A stretch of DNA of 56,820 nucleotides from Anaerolineae bacterium. Its GTDB lineage: Bacteria; Chloroflexota; Anaerolineae; B4-G1. Each line of letters starts with the position of its first letter. Positions within the stretch are counted from its first letter, which is position 1. Below are positions 52,166-56,820 of the stretch, piece after piece. Both the position numbers and the translations under genes were made by a program. Location of the stretch: the NCBI GenBank assembly GCA_026418995.1, contig JAOAAG010000416.1:1-56820 (forward strand), given 5' to 3'. The notes beneath the pieces were generated by a model, which was given only the letters and a program-made list of their open reading frames with translations, made no database searches and had not been told where the DNA came from.

Positions 52166-55100
52166 ATGTTTCCATCTTCAACTCGCGTTTCCCTGTTCTG
52201 CGCCCTGTTGCTGCTCTGCCTGGCCACGCTAGCAGGCTGGCTGGCGTCGGACGTTCGCGCTACCCCACCGAGCGTTTCCGCAGACGTGGCGGTGTTCCTC
52301 CACCTGCGTGGCGGCTCCTTTGACCCCCGGAGCGGCGAGCCATCCATCCCTGCCGGAATGCGCCGGACGTTATCCGCTGGCTGGCCCGGCCTGCGCCTGG
52401 TCCAGTTCCCTGGCCCCATTCAGGACGAGTGGTACGGGGCAATGGAGAAGGCCGGCCTGGAGATCATCACCTATATCCCGGACTACGCCTACCTGGTCTG
52501 GGGAGACGACGCGGCCCTGGCGCGGCTGGCCGATACGGCGCCCCTGCGCTGGACCGGCCCCTACCACTCCGCCTACGCCCTCCACCCTGCCCTGGCCGAC
52601 CCGGAGGCCCTCCCGGAAGAGATGGCAGTGACCGTCCAGCTCTACAACCACGCTGGAGTAGAGGAGACCGTGCAGACCATCCTGGCCCGCGCCCTGGCGG
52701 TGCTACAGCCTCCCTCCCTGGTGCTGACCTATCGCAATCTCGGGGTGCGGGTTGCGGCCTCCGATCTCCTCTGGCTCGCTTCCCTGCCCGACGTGGTAAA
52801 TGTGGAGCCGTATCCCCGTTTCCGGCTGCTGGACGAGGTGCAGTGCCAGATCGTGGCCGGCAACCTCAACGCAGCAGGTACCCAGCCCGCCGGTACGGGC
52901 TATCTCTCCTGGCTGACTACACGTGGCTTCCCCTCCACAGACTCCTCCTACCCCATCGTAGATGTGACCGACGATGGCATAGACGATGGCGATGATATCC
53001 CTCGCCACCCCGACTTCTACGTCCTGGGCAACACCGCTAACGCAGACCGGCTGGCCTACAACTACAACTGGACCTCCGATCCCAGCGCGGACGGTGGGGG
53101 CGGCCATGGCAACATCAACGCCTCCATCGTCGCCGGGTACAACAACCGCACCGGCTTCCCCTACGAGGACAGCACCGGCTATAACTATGGCTTGGGCATT
53201 AATCCCTTCGGACGCATAGCCGGCTCTAAGGTCTTCAACAACGCCGGAGAATGGGACACCTATGCCAGCGGTACCAGTCTGATCAACAACTCTTACACAC
53301 AGGGCGCGCGCATCAGCAGCAACTCCTGGGGATGCGGGTACCCCGAAACAAGGTGCTGGGGCGCATACGATACCTGGGCGCAGGAATATGACACGCGGGT
53401 GCGCGATGCCCAGCCAGGCAGCAACGGTAATCAGGAAATGATCATTGTCTTTGCCGCCGGGAACGATGGCACGCGCAGCGCCGGGAACAACATCAGCACC
53501 CCTGGCACGGCCAAGAACGTCATCACCGTGGGCGCGGCGGAGAACTACCGGCCAGGCTGGACCGACGGCTGTGGCGTCCCTTCCTCCGGCGCCGACAGTG
53601 CCCAGGACATCATCTCCTTCTCCAGCCGGGGGCCTACCGATGACGGACGGGTCAAGCCGGACATCGTAGCCCCGGGCACCCACATCGCTGGAGCAGCCTC
53701 CCAATCCCCCAACTACAATGGCGAAGGGGTGTGCAATCAGTACTGGCCTTCCGGACAGACCCTCTACGCTGCCTCCTCCGGCACCAGCCATGCCACCCCT
53801 GCCGTAGCCGGCGCCGCCTCCCTGGTCTATTACTGGTATCAGAACCGCTACGGAGGGGGCCAGCCGCCCAGTCCGGCGATGGTCAAGGCCTATCTGATCA
53901 ACACGACCCGCTATCTCAACGGTACAGGCGCCGGGGGGAACCTCCCCTCCAACTCCCAGGGCTTCGGCGAGGTCAACCTGGGCCTGGCCTTCGACGATAC
54001 TCCCCGTATGCTGGTAGATCAGGCCCATACCTTCGGCAGCACCGGCCAGAGCTACCCGGTTTCAGGCGTGGTGGCAGATTCCGGCAGGCCCTTCCGCGTC
54101 ACTCTCGCATGGACCGATGCCCCCGGTTCGACGGTCGGCAACGCCTACGTCAACAACCTGGACCTGGCTGTGACCGTTGGAGGGCAGACTTACCGGGGCA
54201 ATGTCTTCTCCGGCAGCACATCCGTCCCCGGCGGGAGCGCCGACCCCCGCAATAATGTGGAGAGCGTTTTCTTGCCGGCCGGGACAAGTGGCGGATTCAC
54301 CGTGATCGTCACCGCTGCAAACATCGCCGGAGACGGCGTCCCGGGCAACTCCGACGGCACCGACCAGGATTTCGCGCTGGTAATCTACAATGCCACGCGG
54401 GTCCTGACGGGTACGCTGCAGGGGACCGTCTCCGATGCGAACACCGGCGCCCCCATCGTGGGCGCGCGGGTGGAGGCAACGGCAGGCCTTACCCGTACAG
54501 GCACCGCTACGACCGGCGCAGGCGGCTTTTACTCAATGACCCTCCCCGCTGCCACCTACGTGGTGACAGCGTCTGCCTTCGGCTACCTGCCGTCCACCGC
54601 CACCGGCGTGGTGGTCACCGCAGAGAGAACGACCACCCGAAACTTCTCTTTGACCCCGGCGCCCCGCTACACCGTCTCCGGCATTGTCCGCGATGCCCTG
54701 ACCGGCTGGCCGCTCTACGCCAGCCTGGACATCACGGACGGGCGCTCTTTTACTACGCGCCTGTGGACGAATCCGGTCACCGGCTTCTACAACGTCACCC
54801 TGCCCGGAGGGACGGCCTTCACCTTCAGGGCAAGCGCCTGGGTGACCGGCTACCTCTCCCTCACCCGCACCGTCGGCCCGCTGAAGACAAGCCGCACCGA
54901 ACATTTCGCCCTCAGCGTGGACAGCGCGGCCTGCAACGCGCCGGGGTACTATAGTGGCCTGGGCTTTGCGGAGAACTTCGATTCGGCCACACCGCCGAAC
55001 CTGCCCACTGGCTGGGCCAAAGTGGACGTCAACGGCACAGCGGGGGACTGGATGACAAACACGGGCACCGTACACCCCTCCGGCGCTAGCGCTCACACTC

Positions 55101-56584
55101 CTCCCCATCTGGCCTACTTCAACTCTTACAGCGCCAGCAGCGGCTCCACCACCCGACTTTACCGCACGGGAGGAACCAATATGCGGGGTACCGTCCCCAC
55201 CCTCCGGTTCTGGATGTACCACGACACCGGCTACAGCACCTCCAACGACCGCCTTCAAGTCCAGGTGTCCACCACTGGCGGGTCCTCGTGGGTAAATGTC
55301 GGCTCCCCCATCCCCCGCTATGACGGCTCTACCGGCTGGAAGGAACACGTGGTGGACCTCAGCGCCTACAGCACTCAGCCGGACCTGCGGGTAGGCCTGC
55401 TGGGCATCAGCGCCTACGGCAATGATATCCACATAGACGATGTGATGCTGGGCACCATATGTGCTCCCCGGCCCGGAGGACTGGTCGTCGGCAACACCTA
55501 CTATGGGAACAACATCCCGCTGGCTGGCGTGTCCGTCTCCAACGACGCGGGTTACAGCACAGTCACCGCCGCTACCGAAGACCCGGCAGTGGACGATTCC
55601 TTCTATACCCTCTTCTCCCCGGCGGGGACACATATCTTCACCGCCACGCTGAGCAGGTACGGGGCCGCCATTACCACAACACACGTCGTCACGGGCAGTA
55701 CGGTGCGACAAGACTTCTACCTGGCCGTCCCCCGCCTCAACTACACGCCGCCTCGTCTCTTCGTTGTCCTCGACATAGGAACTCGCACCACTCGCACCCT
55801 GACGCTGACCAACAGCGGTGGGCTGACGCTTACCTTCGAGATTGGGGAACGGTCTGGAGCAGGAGCAGCGCTGCTGAACGAGGGGTTTGAAAGCGGCCAG
55901 GTGCCGCCGCCAGGCTGGAGTGAAGTGGTCAGAAATACCACTGCTAACTGGGACGTGCTCAGCACAGGTCCACGCTCCGGCCACTATGCGGCGATGGTTA
56001 CCCCCTCCGCCCAACCTCAAGATGAATGGCTGCTTTCGCCGAGGCTAAACCTGGTCACGGCGACCCTTTCCTTCTGGTCCTTCGGGGACCCGGGGAACTG
56101 TCGGGATACTTCTAACCGCTGCGACCTTTTCATCTGGCTGGTGGTGGGAGAGGTGGGCGGTATTGATGATATCTACCTGGGCAAGGCCGATGACGCCTGG
56201 CCCTCCAACCGCACCTGGGCCAGGAGCGTATTTGACCTGACGCCCAAGCTCCCTGCCGTGCCAGTGCGCATTGGGTTTCAGTACTACGGCCAGAACGGCG
56301 CACAGGTGGGGCTGGACGATGTGCGCGTGGAGGGGGTGGGGAGCGCTGACCTCCCGTGGCTCTCGGCGGAGCCGGTGAGAGGTGCGATATCCCCTCACTC
56401 CCACCAGGTGATTAACGTCACTTTTGACGCCGGGGAGGCAACGCCCGGACGGCACGCCGCGATATTGCACCTGAGCACTAATGACCCATTACAACCCGAG
56501 TTAGATCTGCCGGCAGAGATGCTGGTCGAGCTGCCCATAAAGCGATACTTGCCCTTGATCATACGCGGGTTTAGCAGCGGATAA
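52166..56584 (+). CDS. large secreted S8 (subtilisin-like) serine protease with CarboxypepD_reg-like domains and two C-terminal accessory domains
   Basis: A signal peptide follows the ATG at 52166. The catalytic triad is in VDVTDDGIDDG (Asp), GGGHGNINASIVAG (His), and AAGNDG with SGTSHATPAVAGAASL (Ser). The longest ORF starts at 52130. Confidence 0.88.
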   Translation: MFPSSTRVSLFCALLLLCLATLAGWLASDVRATPPSVSADVAVFLHLRGGSFDPRSGEPSIPAGMRRTLSAGWPGLRLVQFPGPIQDEWYGAMEKAGLEIITYIPDYAYLVWGDDAALARLADTAPLRWTGPYHSAYALHPALADPEALPEEMAVTVQLYNHAGVEETVQTILARALAVLQPPSLVLTYRNLGVRVAASDLLWLASLPDVVNVEPYPRFRLLDEVQCQIVAGNLNAAGTQPAGTGYLSWLTTRGFPSTDSSYPIVDVTDDGIDDGDDIPRHPDFYVLGNTANADRLAYNYNWTSDPSADGGGGHGNINASIVAGYNNRTGFPYEDSTGYNYGLGINPFGRIAGSKVFNNAGEWDTYASGTSLINNSYTQGARISSNSWGCGYPETRCWGAYDTWAQEYDTRVRDAQPGSNGNQEMIIVFAAGNDGTRSAGNNISTPGTAKNVITVGAAENYRPGWTDGCGVPSSGADSAQDIISFSSRGPTDDGRVKPDIVAPGTHIAGAASQSPNYNGEGVCNQYWPSGQTLYAASSGTSHATPAVAGAASLVYYWYQNRYGGGQPPSPAMVKAYLINTTRYLNGTGAGGNLPSNSQGFGEVNLGLAFDDTPRMLVDQAHTFGSTGQSYPVSGVVADSGRPFRVTLAWTDAPGSTVGNAYVNNLDLAVTVGGQTYRGNVFSGSTSVPGGSADPRNNVESVFLPAGTSGGFTVIVTAANIAGDGVPGNSDGTDQDFALVIYNATRVLTGTLQGTVSDANTGAPIVGARVEATAGLTRTGTATTGAGGFYSMTLPAATYVVTASAFGYLPSTATGVVVTAERTTTRNFSLTPAPRYTVSGIVRDALTGWPLYASLDITDGRSFTTRLWTNPVTGFYNVTLPGGTAFTFRASAWVTGYLSLTRTVGPLKTSRTEHFALSVDSAACNAPGYYSGLGFAENFDSATPPNLPTGWAKVDVNGTAGDWMTNTGTVHPSGASAHTPPHLAYFNSYSASSGSTTRLYRTGGTNMRGTVPTLRFWMYHDTGYSTSNDRLQVQVSTTGGSSWVNVGSPIPRYDGSTGWKEHVVDLSAYSTQPDLRVGLLGISAYGNDIHIDDVMLGTICAPRPGGLVVGNTYYGNNIPLAGVSVSNDAGYSTVTAATEDPAVDDSFYTLFSPAGTHIFTATLSRYGAAITTTHVVTGSTVRQDFYLAVPRLNYTPPRLFVVLDIGTRTTRTLTLTNSGGLTLTFEIGERSGAGAALLNEGFESGQVPPPGWSEVVRNTTANWDVLSTGPRSGHYAAMVTPSAQPQDEWLLSPRLNLVTATLSFWSFGDPGNCRDTSNRCDLFIWLVVGEVGGIDDIYLGKADDAWPSNRTWARSVFDLTPKLPAVPVRIGFQYYGQNGAQVGLDDVRVEGVGSADLPWLSAEPVRGAISPHSHQVINVTFDAGEATPGRHAAILHLSTNDPLQPELDLPAEMLVELPIKRYLPLIIRGFSSG

Positions 56585-56630
56585 AGAGGCAAGAGGCAGG
56601 AGCAAGGTTGTCATTAGCATCATTCGAGTG

Positions 56631-56791
56631 ATGAACAGCGATATAGCACAGCTTGAGGAAAAGCCCATTGAGGTGCCAGATATCACACCTGTCTTCGCGC
56701 CAGGCGGGCCCATCGCGCAGATTCTGGGCGACCGGTACCGCTACCGGCAGGGGCAGGTGGAGATGGCCCAACTGGTGCGCCAGGCCCTGAT
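56631..56791 (+). CDS. 5' fragment of a putative DinG/XPD-like helicase, truncated by the contig end
   Basis: The fragment MNSDIAQLEEKPIEVPDITPVFAPGGPIAQILGDRYRYRQGQVEMAQLVRQAL resembles the N-terminal YExRxxQxxM region of DinG-like helicases. It is too short for certainty. Confidence 0.35.
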
Positions 56792-56820
56792 CTGTCTCTT
56801 ATACACATCTGACGCTGCCG
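56792..56820. other. Illumina Nextera (Tn5 mosaic-end) adapter, not genomic sequence
   Basis: CTGTCTCTTATACACATCTGACGCTGCCG equals the reverse complement of the Nextera read-1 adapter TCGTCGGCAGCGTCAGATGTGTATAAGAGACAG, minus its last 4 nt. Confidence 0.97.

Noticed and set aside
51793-52419. 208-aa minus-strand ORF, considered as a candidate AcnX small subunit
   Set aside because: It is on the wrong strand and overlaps both the AcnX 3' end and the protease 5' end. It is Arg-rich and has no DUF126-like features.
52703-56020. Two long minus-strand ORFs (441 aa and 495 aa)
   Set aside because: Both are antisense to the S8 protease gene, and both have Gly/Arg/Val-rich low-complexity composition.

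Overview
This is a 56.8-kb high-GC bacterial contig. Hand counts of a few 60-nt lines give about 60-62% GC. Gene content suggests a Chloroflexota-like organism, but that is a low-confidence inference. I support about 50 protein genes and one tRNA-Arg(ACG). There is no rRNA and no CRISPR array. Most genes are housekeeping or redox metabolism: prfB with its programmed +1 frameshift, ftsY, hbd, purD, purN, rpsT, rplS, yceD-rpoD, metG, rsgA and rsmI. Notable clusters are listed below.

- A minus-strand gene string at 5564-12249 holds two tandem, domain-complementary HdrA-like flavoproteins, a PIG-L deacetylase, a nitroreductase and an IPMDH/ICDH-family dehydrogenase.
- A GcvH-like lipoyl carrier sits next to a NarI/DsrM-like membrane subunit and a DsrK/HdrD-like CCG protein (23807-26374).
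- Three paralogous secreted beta-sandwich-like lipoproteins are present, two in tandem and one 24 kb away.
- Two low-GC islands (about 47-52% GC) are present. One holds an IS630-like remnant, an orphan Phd/YefM antitoxin and a motif-permuted DNA methyltransferase. The other holds a NotI-family restriction enzyme with a Dam-like methylase.
- There are two histidine-kinase systems, a 422-aa protein of unknown family, and an atypical receiver whose phospho-acceptor Asp is replaced by Glu.
- A nitroreductase-UbiD gene pair and an orphan AcnX large subunit are present.
- A 1470-aa S8 protease is present.

The last 29 nt are Illumina Nextera adapter, so the 3' end is an assembly artefact. ORF-track coordinates include the stop codon and give the longest ORF. 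I trimmed several starts to RBS-supported codons. I found no system that can be declared novel from sequence alone. The best candidates for follow-up are the split HdrA pair and its operon, the GcvH-DsrMK-like cluster, the Phd-methylase island, the lipoprotein paralog family, and a recurring intergenic motif.
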